Below, one piece after another: positions 52,138-64,000 of a stretch of 64,000 bases of DNA (position 1 is the first letter of the stretch; each line of letters starts with the position of its first letter). The notes below the pieces were generated by a model. The model searched no databases. It was not told where the DNA came from and saw only the letters and a list, made by a program, of their open reading frames with translations. Position numbers and translations under genes: made by a program. The stretch covers positions 41,292,001-41,356,000 of the forward strand of contig NC_043005.1 of the NCBI RefSeq assembly GCF_006345805.1. The letters run 5' to 3'. This DNA is from Octopus sinensis. Its lineage: Eukaryota.

Positions 52138-52904
52138 CATGTGTGTGTGTATTTTTGTGTGTGTCTTTGTGTCTGTGTTTGTCCTCCCACCATCACATGA
52201 CAATCAATGTTGGAGTGTTTATGTCCCTGTAACTTAGCAAATCAGCAAGAGTGACCAATAGAATAAGTCCTAGGCTTACAAAGAATAAGTCTTGGGGTTC
52301 ATTTATTTGACAAAACCCTTTAAGGAGGGGGTTCCAGCATGGCTGCAGTCAAATAGTTGAAATATGTAAAAGAATAAAAGAATATATATAAATACAATGA
52401 GTTTCTTTCAGTTTCCGTAACCAAATCCACCCACAAGGCTTTGGTCAGCTCGAGACTATAACAGAAGGCGCTTGTCTAAGGTGCCACGCAGTGGGACTGA
52501 ACATGGAACCATGTGGTTGGGAAGCAAACTTCTTACCACATAGCTATACCTGCATCTATGAGCTTTATAAATCCAATTAGAAATACTTTTGCAATGAAGA
52601 AACTGTATATTTTTAATAGAATTTTTGGTGTTCCTTGCATTGACCGTGACTAAACAATTGTTTTTCATGCTGAGGATGTCTCTGTATAATTAACCTTAGT
52701 AGTTTAGGTTTTGATACATATTTTTATGTCTACTTTCATTTCATTTAAGCTCATTTATAAATTAATCTACAGGTGGAACAGCTATTAAATGTTGCAAGCA
52801 GCTGAGGGTTGCAGACAATAGAAGAGTTAATTAACTGCCAACATCATTTCTAATTGGAAGAGATATATGTCCAACCCATGCCAGCATGGAACATGGATGT
52901 TAAG

Positions 52905-52938
<34 letters not shown>

Positions 52939-53165
52939 AATGATGATGATGAAGACGACGACGATGATGACAGTGATGATGGTAAAAACAATGATGATGA
53001 CAATGACAATTACATTGATGACAATGATGTTGATGATGACGGCGACAACAACGATGATGACAATGATGACGACGACGATGACAACAATGATGACGCCGAC
53101 AGCAATGACTATGAAGACAATAATGATGACAATGGCAATGATGATGATGATGCTGATGATGTTGA
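52905..53165. repeat. Degenerate (GAT/GAC/AAT)n tract
   Basis: Direct inspection; follows the CATGCCAGCATGGA...GATGATG tail common to a repeat family in this window. Confidence 0.9.
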
Positions 53166-53413
53166 TATGCTGGAACTAGTCCTATTGTAGGTGAAAACAG
53201 CCATGTGGTTAAGAAGTTCATTTTACAACGACATGATTCCAAGTTCGATCTCACCATGCAGTAACTTGGTCAAGTGTTTTCTACTGCAGTATCGGGTTGG
53301 CCAGTGTCTTGTGAGTGGTATTTGGTTGACAGGAACCAAATATAAATGTAAACATGCAGGGACATACATAAAGACAGACTCACATGCAGATGGATGGATT
53401 GATGGATGGATAA

Positions 53414-53478
<65 letters not shown>

Positions 53479-54099
53479 AAAATAGATATAGATATAGGCG
53501 CAGGTATACCAAAGTGGTAAGAAGTTTGATTCCCAATCACATGGTTCCATGTTCAGTCCCACTGTGTGTCACCTTAGGCAAGTGCCTTCTATTATAGCCT
53601 CGGGCTGACCAAAGCTTTATGGGTGGATTTGGTTGACAGAAACTGAAAGAAGCCCATTGTATTTATATATAGATAGACAAATAGATAAATAGATAGATTG
53701 ATTGACAGATAGATTATATTGGTAGATGGAATAGATATACATACATACATACATACATACATACATACATACATACATACATACATAGAGACAGACAGAC
53801 ATACAGACAGACAGGCAGACAGACAGATAGGCAGGTAGGCAGACAGACAAACAGTCAAGTGCTTCAAGTGAATTATTTTCTTTATACACTTGTCATCCTC
53901 CGCAAACATAAAATGCTCATAAGATCGCAATCATTCTCTCTTGTATACAACTGTTACCTTTTATATTCTTTCCTCTCAGTTCATTTGTAGTCTATTGTTT
54001 ATACACACTGATATTATACTCCCAGTGAAGTATTCTCACTTCATTCTTTCCTAATCTCATATCCTTTGTATTGCTAGTCCATATCTTCCTACCTGTAGT

Positions 54100-54420
54100 A
54101 TTGCATTTTTCACCCAAACATCATACATCGCAGGATGATACATCAAGACTCAAGAGAGATTTAAAGAAGAATGTTGCGATCGAGAAGGGGAATCTCAGTG
54201 ATGTTTTGTGTGCACAGTTTGTGACAGACCATGCCCTTCTTTTGCTTGGCTCAAATCTCATTTGCAGACCCATGAAATAAGAACCTCTACCAACTATTCT
54301 GCCTATATATCTGTGCACACCTTTCAATTCTGTGTATGCTATAAGGTCTGCAAATCTAATGGAGGCCTCAAAAGACATTTTAAAATCCACAAATATCAGA
54401 ACTTAACTGCAGCTCTTGGT
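54100..54420 (+). mobile_element. Probable RTE-like LINE C-terminus with two C2H2-type zinc fingers
   Basis: CTVCDRPCPSFAWLKSHLQTH (C-x2-C-x12-H-x3-H) and CVCYKVCKSNGGLKRHFKIH; frameshift upstream; isolated in an intron. Confidence 0.55.
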
Positions 54421-54486
54421 GATCCAAATCAGATATGCAATCTATGTGTCTATGTGGGTGTTTTTTCAATACATTGTCTGGGTTCA

Positions 54487-54524
<38 letters not shown>

Positions 54525-54847
54525 CATATAAAATAACTTTTTGACTCTGCTCCACATTGTTTAAAATTTTGGGGTCTTAAGATACACCCACCTCATCAGA
54601 TATTCAGAGACATCTGATGAGGTGAGCTTGTATTGTGTTTATATGGAGCTGAGGAAAGCTGTTATTAAATGAAAGAAACTTTTATCAAATGAAGAATTCC
54701 CCACCCAATTATTTAATCCCTACATTCATTACAAACAAGTATTGCTACCAAAGCTTGTGGACATGAAAGGGTAAGACCATTGATCTCAGAATTTGATGAA
54801 ATAATTCTGATTTATCTTATTATTTAATTTAATCAACTCGTTCATTA

Positions 54848-55114
<267 letters not shown>

Positions 55115-56424
55115 TCATGCTTAAACTAACACATACTAACACATAGTCACTAATAAAAACATTTTAAATAACAGTATAAAGTTAATGATTATTCAGCTAT
55201 TCTTGAAATAGAGATATTGTAATCAGCATTAAAAAGAATTAAAGAATTCACACATTTCCTGTAAATATTGGTTTCAAATTTTGACACAAGGTTAGCAGTT
55301 TCCAATGTGGTGGTATAAGTTAATTATATCAACCCAAGTTCCCAACTGGTATTTATTTCATCAACCTCAAAAAGATAAAAGGCAAAGTCAACCTCAGCAG
55401 AATTTAAACTCAGAATGTAAAGATGGACAGAATGCCACAAAATATTTTGCCCAGCGTGTTAACAATTCTGCCAGCTCGCCACCTTACATATCTTGTTAAT
55501 ATTGATAATTTGAGCTAGAATTGAGCAAAGAATATACTTGTACACATATTCTAAAATGAGATGTGGTTACAAATACAAAAGAAATGTAAAAGAAGATAAA
55601 ATGTGAGTGACATACAATAAGTTTCCTCTCACTGATTAAAGTGAGTGGATTAAGGTCCCATATTTTAAATGAAGTATAACAGCTCCAGTTTAACAAATAC
55701 AAAAGCTTAATACCTTTATTCAATGATGATAGCAAACTCTTTTCTAAATAAGTCACAGGCTGAGTTGCCAACCGGTTAAATATCCATTAATCTTTTTATT
55801 AAATTTTTTTTTTATTCTTGTTTCAATCACTTACTGAAATACTTAACATCCAACCAATACGGTTCAGTCACACTGCATAGCACCGTGGGCAAGTGTCTTC
55901 TACTATAGCTTTGAGCTGACCAAAGCCTTGTGTGTGGATATAGTAGATGGAAACTGAAAGAAGCATATTGTATATCTGTGTGTGTGTATTTGTGCCTATG
56001 TTTGTCCCCCACCACTGTTTGGTGTGTTTATGTCCCCATAACTGAGTGGCTCAGCAAAAGAAACCAATAGAATAAATACCAGGCTTAAAAAATGTTACTA
56101 CTAGGGTTGATTCAATTGGCTAAAATTCTTCAGGGTGGTGCCCCAGCATGGCCACATTCAAATAATTGAAACAAGTAAAAGATAAAAAGAAAAAGAATAG
56201 TGTTTCACAGTAAAATCTTGCTGAAGTAATCAACAGAAATACCAGTAATATACAAGGTTTGTATCAATTAATCATAATCTTAACCTTTTTATGAAGCAGC
56301 TCATTTTCTATCCAAAATAGAGGTTTTCCCACTGTTCCCATACTATGATATGTGTTTTGAACTTATTGAAGATCCTGTGAATGTTTCCTGTTTTTAAATA
56401 TACTTGTACACATATTCTATAGTA

Positions 56425-56936
56425 GAAGTGGCTGTGTGATAAAAAGCTAGCTGCCAAACCACATGGTTCCAGGTTCAGTCATAGTGCATGGCACCTTGGG
56501 TAAGTGTCTTCTACTATAGCCTCAGGTTGACCAAAGCCTTGTGAATGAATTTGGTAGATGAAAACTGAAAGAAGCCCATCGTATATGCATATGTGTGGGT
56601 GTGTTTATGTGTATATGGGTGTGTATGTGTGTGTGTGTGTGAGTTTGTATGTATATGTGTGTGTATATGTGTGTGTATATGTGTGTGTGTGTGCACGTTT
56701 ATGTGAGTGTGCCTTTGTGTCTGTGTTTGTCCCCACTACCATCACTTGACAATTGGTGTTGGTGTGTGTATGTCCCCTTAGCTTAATGGTTTAGCAAAAG
56801 AAACTGATAGAATAAGTACTAGGCTTACAAAGAATAAAGGCTGAGGTCAATTTCTTTGCCTAAAATACCCTTTCACATTGTGCTCCAGCATGGCTGCAGT
56901 CAACTGACTGAAACAAGTAAAAGAATAAAAGAATAA
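56425..56936 (+). mobile_element. SINE family A copy, ending just before the exon 3 donor
   Basis: Head GTGGCTGTGTG..., tail AAACAAGTAAAAGAATAAAAGAATAAAG. Confidence 0.82.
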
Positions 56937-56949
56937 AGTCCTTCCTTAC

Positions 56950-57122
56950 CTGTCTGTCAGTGGAGTAATGACCAGACGGTCTGTGCAACCAAGGAACTCA
57001 TTCATGTATTTAAAGTTCACATCAGTGATTGAGATCAAGCATTGGTCAGTGTCTTCTTTGAAGTAAAATCGGGACTGTTTTAACCATTCAAAATCATTAA
57101 CTGACCGGATATGCATTCGAAC
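56950..57122 (-). CDS. DNAH5: Dynein heavy chain exon 3: [21 protein letters not shown]...[16 protein letters not shown](R)
   Basis: 173 nt, phase 0-2, translated by hand (not in ORF track); conserved DFEW and [10 protein letters not shown] motifs; canonical AG/GT. Confidence 0.96.
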
Positions 57123-58253
57123 CTAAGATTTGAAATAAATATCATGTACATACTTACATTTATAAACATATGGAAACACACATCTACATGTAAAAATGCA
57201 CACATTTATAAACCATAAAATCAGGAGGTATGAGAGGGGAAAATGTTTATTTAACCACTTGTCATCCTTAAGATTACAGCCAATTCGCAGCCTTCAACAT
57301 GTAATGATAATTTCAGATGGAAAAAATTATTATTATTTCACATATCTGAACTAATATGCATGCTATGCAATGTACATTGTACATTTACAAATCAATGCAG
57401 ATAAAGAAGGCTAGCTCATCAGATCATCAGAGCATTATGGTTACACTAAGTAGACAAACAAAATTTACTCTTTGTATATACAATGTACAGAAGACCAATA
57501 CTAGATAAAATTAGCTTGGTATGATCATTAAAAAATAAATATAAATAATATATTTCGTTTCATGTCAATTTAGATGTTGTATCTAATTTCAGGGAGTTGA
57601 CAAACCTTAATGTTAACAAAAAACAGGAAGGAATAGAAAAAGCATGTAGTCTGCTAGCCAGGTCTACTAGAGGAGCATTCTATGATAACCACATGATTCC
57701 ATAAATCCATATATTACACAATTATATGTATTTATACATATGTAGAATTTGACATCTGATGTGAAACAGAAAATTGGGGCTTCTAATAACATTTATGATG
57801 TGTACTCTAGTTTTTAGAGTAAGTACGCCATATTCCTGTCTATAATTGTAGGTGTTTAGAAGGAACAGCATCAAGAATGAATGACATCTGTAATAGATTG
57901 CCTCAAATAATTTATCCAGCCCATACCAGCAAGGTGGAATATTTATGAAAACCATGATAACTAAATCTTAGCAAATAATTTATAATTTGCGAAATTGTTC
58001 ATATTTAATGTATGTTTCAAACTGTAAAGTTTATTAATCCAAGATCACTAACAAGAAGGGCACATTGAATAATATTGTCCAAGTTCCAGATGTTTGAGAA
58101 AAGAAACGAGGTAATCATATCTAAAAACGTCAGTTGCTCAAAAGCTTAAAGACATTCGGAGCTGATTTGGGGACAATAAACATCACACCTCACATTTTTG
58201 ATCTTATGCCATTCTCTCTCTCCAACTTCCTCAAACATAATTTGGCAACATAC

Positions 58254-58478
58254 CAAATCTTCAAAGATATCTTTCTGGTGGACATGAATGGTGATAAGGG
58301 TTTCAAACTTGGTCCTTTCAATTTTAGTCAGCTCTTTTGTTGTGATATCAATCAGTTCGTTGAGAATTTCGGTAAACTTCACGTTTGTGTTGGCCATGAT
58401 CTTCTTATCAGAACGTGCTTTAGTCAGGGCCAATTCAGAGTTTTGTGTCCAGATCATCTGCAGACCAAGAAGACCAAC
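58254..58478 (-). CDS. DNAH5: Dynein heavy chain exon 2: [11 protein letters not shown]...[11 protein letters not shown]
   Basis: 225 nt, phase 0-0, canonical splice sites; conserved [11 protein letters not shown] motif. Confidence 0.96.
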
Positions 58479-58948
58479 CTGAAAAAAAAATGTATATTCA
58501 TGTGTGAGTGTGTACATATGTACACACACACACACAAACAAACAAACACACATGTATTTGTATATATATATACATATACACACACAAAGTGTTTTAAGTA
58601 ATAATACATATTACTCTAACAAAATGTGTTGGGTGCCATTTCTTTTGTTTGTCCATTCAATAAAATGTGTGTGTGTATATGTGTGTATGTGTATATCTAT
58701 GTATTTATATATATATATATATATAAATACAAAATGGGACAAGAATGCAAAACATCCAGACAGTTAGGTGATACAAGAAAAGGACAACAAAACATCCAGA
58801 TAGACGATACAAAGAAAAGAAGGACAGGTCAGTCAGAATTTTCTTTCCTCAGTCGAGTTCCATATTATTTTTTTGTAATTTCGGCTATATATATATATAT
58901 AACTATATATTCATATAGTTATATATATACATATATATATGTATGTAT

Positions 58949-58987
<39 letters not shown>

Positions 58988-59929
58988 TATGTATACACAT
59001 ATATACATATATGTATATAGAAATGTATACATACATACACACACACACATATATATATACCCACACACTAGTGCAGTAAATAAATTCAGTTGATGTTTTA
59101 CAGTCAGAGATATCCATCAATGATGTGCCTATTGGTTTCAGGATAGAAGAAGGGAGGGAGAGAGAAAGCAAAGAAAGAAAAATTGTGATGTAATTCTTGA
59201 ATTAACAGCAGCGTTTAAGATATACAAAAGGAACAAAAAATAAATCACAGACTGTTTGCCGTGGTGGTCAGCATAAATGTAATCATATATTTATATATTT
59301 TCCTTCCTCTCTGTTACGAGGCACAAGAACTTTCACGCACATGTGATCATATTACGGGAACATCTGCCGCCCATATTCAATTACAAGGCTTCGGTCAGCC
59401 TGACACTATAGCAGAAAGTACTTGCTCAGGAATTGAACCCCAAACTACATAGTTGAGAAGCAAGCTTCTTAATCCCACAGCCCTGACTTACATACACACA
59501 CACACACACACACGTATATAAGTGTTTGTATGCCTTCATGTATGTGTTTGTGCCTGCATGTACATTTACATGTGATTGTACACATGTCAGTGTTGTCAAA
59601 ACCACCTCAGACAAACATATGCACCATTCTGAAAGGCTCAGAAAGAGAGACTTTGATCTCACTCTCTAATTAAGGTGCTCCCCTACCAGCTAATCTGCAT
59701 TTCCACCCTCCTGTATACAAAACATAAACCACATATTGTCAGCACGTAAAGGGCCTAGCCGCCTATAACTGCCCATGTCATCAATTTCTTCCACCACGTG
59801 ATGAGATTATATACAGAAATTCCTCATGAAACATACACACCAGCAGGATTGAAACTATATTACATAAGCATCAACTAAGATGGCCTCAGTATGAAGTGTC
59901 CACAGGCTGACTCATGTATCCCCATCATA

Positions 59930-60200
59930 GTTCAACAGCAAGATGGACAAGACATCTAAAGAATCAGTTCAAAGATCAACTGAAGCCCACTTTGAAGAAG
60001 AGCCACATCAACTCTTAAAATGTGGCAATATGACACTGGCTGTCCCACTGTTAGAAAGGCATTGAAAATATTGAGAAGAGACCTGCTACTGTTAAGAGAA
60101 GCAATGAGAAATGGTATACATGTAGGGTTACACTTCCTTCAATGAAATGTCTACATGTCCCCACAAATGTAAATTAAGTTGTAAGTCAAACATTGGCAAG
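59930..60200 (+). mobile_element. RTE/BovB-like LINE 3' remnant
   Basis: FKDQLKPTLKKSHIN and terminal TCPH.C...CKSNIG motif; decayed. Confidence 0.5.
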
Positions 60201-61152
60201 TTCATCAACAGAGTATCCTTAAATGGAAGATAAGGAAGTCATTATTCAATTAAAAGAACAACCATGCACAAGAATTTGTGCATTTGTGTATAAATGTGTG
60301 TGTGCGTGTATGTATATATGTGTGTGTGTGTATATACACAAACACACACATATATATGCATATATGTTGTCAAGTGGTGGTGGTGGGGACAAACATACAC
60401 ACAAACATATATACATATATATATACTTTATTTAAAAGCAGCAGAAATATAACAAAAGCTGTTACTCAGAGTTTCACGTTCCCATTCATCAGACAGTTTA
60501 GTTATATTTCTGCTGCTTTTAAATAAAGCATATTACTCTACCTCTGGTATTTGAGTACTCTTTTTTCTACCTTGTTTCACATTTATGTGCTTACTCCAGT
60601 ACACACACACACATATATATTTATATGTATATGATAGACTTCTTTCAGTTTCCGTCTACCAAATCCGCTCACAAAGCTTTGGTTGCAGCCTGAAGCTACA
60701 GTTGAAGACACTTGCCCAAGGTGCCACTGAACCCGGAACCATGTGGTTGGGAAGCAAGCTTCTTACCACACACATATATATATATGAAATTTACTCCTGT
60801 CCAAACAATGCAGGCATAGGAAATGAATTTTAAACAAATGAACGAATAATGTGCATGTGCATGTGTGCATGTGGTGAACATTCACATTCATGCGATGCAT
60901 GTTAGTACATAAACATGAAAGCAACCAGATAGTGGGGTAAAACTAACAGTCATATAGAAAAATAGGAAGCAAATAAAAAACAACAAAAAACAAAGAAATG
61001 CATAAAAAATAGAATTCTTTAACTAAAATGTAACAACTTAATCAATTCCATTTTTATAAGTGTTAAAATTCCTATTAAAACTTATTTCAAACCCTTTTCA
61101 TTCTCTAACTTCAATGAATCATGAACAAAGAAATATTAAAGAAATTTCTTAC

Positions 61153-61290
61153 CTGAGCAGGGAACATATTTTCAAATTCAAGGAGCTTAAATGTTGGGTC
61201 AGTAATCGCCATAGCAGCTGTTCTGATGACGCCATGTAGTGACCTTCGAGATATTCTTAGTAGATCACCCAACCAAACTTCAACATTGCC
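61153..61290 (-). CDS. DNAH5: Axonemal dynein heavy chain (DNAH5/8-like), exon 1 of 13 in window: GNVEVWLGDLL...ENMFPAQ
   Basis: 138 nt, 46 codons; AG acceptor at 61291-92, GT donor at 61151-52; matches the GNVEVWL...FPAQ block of DNAH5/8. DNAH5 versus DNAH8 cannot be resolved here. Confidence 0.93.
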
Positions 61291-63109
61291 CTTCAATAAA
61301 ATGGGAAACCCAAATTCTTAAAAAGGTATCAGCAAAAAGTGTGATGATTGAGATTTTATAAAACCTAGCTAGCAGCTATATTGCAGAAGAGTCATTTTAG
61401 CTATTTAATATTGGTTTAAAACAAAGGTGTCAAGGTGGCAGAACTGTTAGCATGGTCAGCAAAATACTTAGCAGCATTTCATCTGTCTTTATGTTCTGAG
61501 TTCAAATTCCTCAGAGGTCACCTTTGCCTTTCATCCTTTTGGGGATGATGAAATATATACCAGTTGACCACTGGAGGGTCAATGTAATTGATTTACCCCT
61601 TCTCTGAAATTGCTAGCCTTGTGCTAAAATTTGAAACCAGTATTACAAAGCTGCTAAATCTAAAATTTATTAACATATTTTTACAGGAAGAAAAGAAAGA
61701 CAAAAACATTAAAAGTATAACAGATCAAATTACTGAGAAAAATTTCTCAGAACTACCTCACCAAGGAAACAAAGTAAAAGAAAGAAAAACGGTGAATTAA
61801 CCATTTAGCATTCAGATTACTCTATTAAAGGCAATGCTTATTATTTATTCACATTGCTTTGAACTTACCATGCATTATCCTAGAGTTATATGATGACGAC
61901 GATGTAACTGTTTATTTTTAGAATATCTGTTTAGTGTTGGTGTGAAAGGCCAGATCTGGCCAATTTGAACACAAAACAGGCTAGATATGGCCAGTTTAAA
62001 TGCTAAAGGGTTAAGCAGCAAAAGATGGAAAGCGGGAGTAACAAGCTGTACACCCCAGACTAAATAGTGTGTTTCATGGACACAATTGCAAAGGCTCAGC
62101 TGCATAGTCGTCATTGAGACCTCAGGAGTTCTCTGACCCCACTCTACTGATTTCCTCTGCAAAATTGGGATAACCGCAGTCAGTCTGAGAAATGAGCCCC
62201 ACTAGATGGCAGCAAGTGACACAAGCTGTTCATGAGGTTGGGAGAGAGCTGTTGCAGTGAGTGCTGCAAGCTGTTACACTTTCAATTTTAAATTTATTTC
62301 CTGATGTGTCAAAATTTCTACCTCACAACTACAATCTGGTCCACTGTCACAAACTAAATGATGTTTTTCTGGTCACAGTACTTTACAAAATATGCATTTT
62401 TTTATGCTAGCAACAATAAAATGGGATTGTGTGTTGTATATCATTCCCTTTTCCCTTCCTTTATATTTCTTCACTAATAGTCATTTGTGTAGGGACTCCA
62501 TTAAAGGGCTTATTTCAATTCTTAATAGACAATGTGCTTCTCAGAAAACTGACTAAAAATTACAACAGTATGTAATAAGATCCATAAGAAACTTTCATCA
62601 AAATATCTTAATTCCCAAAACTGAAAACCGTAATGGAATATTTCAAATGCCTTCTCATGATATAAGTGAAATATAGCATCTTAATATCTTCTCTCTATTT
62701 AAGGTGGCAAGCTGGTAGAATCATTACTGTACCAGAGAACATGTTTAACCACATTTCATCTATCTCTATGTTCTGAGTTCAAATTCCACCAGGGTCAATT
62801 TTGCCTTTCATCTTTTGGGGTCAATAAATTAAGTAGCACTTAAACACTGGGGTTGATGTAATCATCTTACCCCCTCCCTCAAAGTGGCTGGCCATGTGCG
62901 TAAATTCGAAACCAACATCTCCCTGTTAGAGAGTAACTTATAAGGACATCTGTAAATATCTGGTAATTAATATTTAAATAATTACTTTTATTTTCGTGTT
63001 TTAAATTGTTCTATACCAAACTGTGCGTACTTAAAATGTTTTCTGTGACTTAAAACATCCTGGTACCAAAGGAGCTCAGGCAGTTTCTAAGGGTCCAAGA
63101 CAGTGTCCG

Positions 63110-63811
63110 AGTTTCACAACTATAGAGTGAATGTATGCTTTTCTTTGCTGTCACATCTCTCGAATGAACCTTTTTTGGACCGAATACTGACTGGTGATGA
63201 GAAATAGGTTTTCTATAAAAATTTCAAACACCAAAGACAGTAAGTAGGGAAAGGTAAAACACTGGCACCCCAGGCTAAAGAAGGTCTTCACCTATGTAAG
63301 CTGTTGTTATCTATTTGGTGGGATATGAAAGGTTTAGTCCACTTTGAACTTTTAAATCTAACCCAAACCATAACAAAGGAAATCTACTGTGAACAGTTTG
63401 AGCAGTTCAAGTCAGCGCTAGAAGGAAAACAACCATCTTTGGTTTCAAGACGAAAAGTGTTCTTCCATCAGGATAATGCTCAGCCATATACAACGAAGAT
63501 GACATTCCAAATACTGGAGCAGTTTGAATGGGAAACGATGCCTCACCCACCATACTCGCTGAACATTGCCCCATCCGATTATCATTTATTCCACAGTCTT
63601 CAAAATCATTTGGACAGAAAAAATGTGAATTCTGTAGATGAGGTCAGAAGAGTACTGGAGGAGTATTTTACATAATGTACAAGTGAATTTTGGAACAGGA
63701 GCTTTGTAAGACTACCAAAAAGATGGAAGAGCATTGTAGAAAATGAAGGAGAGTTATTTTGAAAAATATAAGAAGTATAAAAAAACTACATTATCTATGA
63801 GATGACCCAAT
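63110..63811 (+). mobile_element. Mariner (DD34D) transposase remnant with right TIR
   Basis: RILTGDEK*, LLSIWWD, FHQDNA, HPPYSLNIAPSDYHLF motifs; candidate TIR TTATCTATGAGATGACCCAAT followed by TA at about 63791-63813. Confidence 0.88.
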
Positions 63812-63840
63812 ATATATTTATATATGTATGCATATGTATG

Positions 63841-63875
<35 letters not shown>

Positions 63876-63876
63876 G

Positions 63877-64000
63877 TATGCAGATGATTGTGAGCTAGTA
63901 CCACACACAGAGATTGATATACAACACATTTTGAATGCATTCTCTGATGCTTGCACTGCCTTAGGATTGACAGTCAATCTCAAGAAAACTGTTGTCATGC
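63877..64000 (+). mobile_element. RTE/BovB-like RT fragment running off the window
   Basis: YADDCELVPHTEIDIQHILNAFSDACTALGLTVNLKKTVVM, directly after (TATG)n. Confidence 0.75.

Noticed and set aside
52867-53190. Asp/Asn-rich 107-aa ORF resembling acidic biomineral proteins
   Set aside because: It is a degenerate (GAT)n tail of an interspersed repeat, open in all frames, with no signal peptide or splice context
58830-58880. CUGAGGA/CUAAAGA-AAG-AAAA-(C/U)UU motif (also near 42925-42955) as a hammerhead
   Set aside because: I could not place GAAA, stem III and UH in the right geometry or a matching stem I
61291-64000. A further upstream dynein exon
   Set aside because: No minus-strand segment matching the expected upstream peptide was found; the region is SINE, mariner and RTE sequence, so the exon probably lies beyond the window

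Overview
Eukaryotic, AT-rich, microsatellite- and repeat-dense intronic DNA. The repeat families look cephalopod (Octopus-like); this is inferred from pattern recognition and was not database-checked. The whole window lies inside one minus-strand axonemal dynein heavy chain gene of the DNAH5/DNAH8 (outer-arm gamma-type) family. I reconstructed 13 consecutive GT-AG exons (61290 down to 91; 2280 nt, 760 codons, phases consistent, no stops) covering the linker end, AAA1 (GPAGTGKT), AAA2 (GPSGAGKT) and the segment before AAA3. Six of these exons are missing from the ORF track. A decayed duplicate of one AAA1 exon lies about 1.1 kb from the real one. The introns hold many SINE copies, Penelope-like element (PLE) fragments (GIY-YIG and RT), Dong/R4-like, Tx1/L1-like and RTE-like LINE pieces, mariner and maT remnants, and a Helitron helicase fragment. 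The most interesting unannotated layer is at least nine minimal type I hammerhead-ribozyme-like motifs from several families. One has a compensatory U3-A8 core and lies in the host-sense orientation. One sits downstream of a tRNA-like Pol III head. Several associate with inverted (fold-back) PLE insertions. No CRISPR arrays, rRNA or genuine tRNA genes were seen, and most long ORFs in the track are translated microsatellites.
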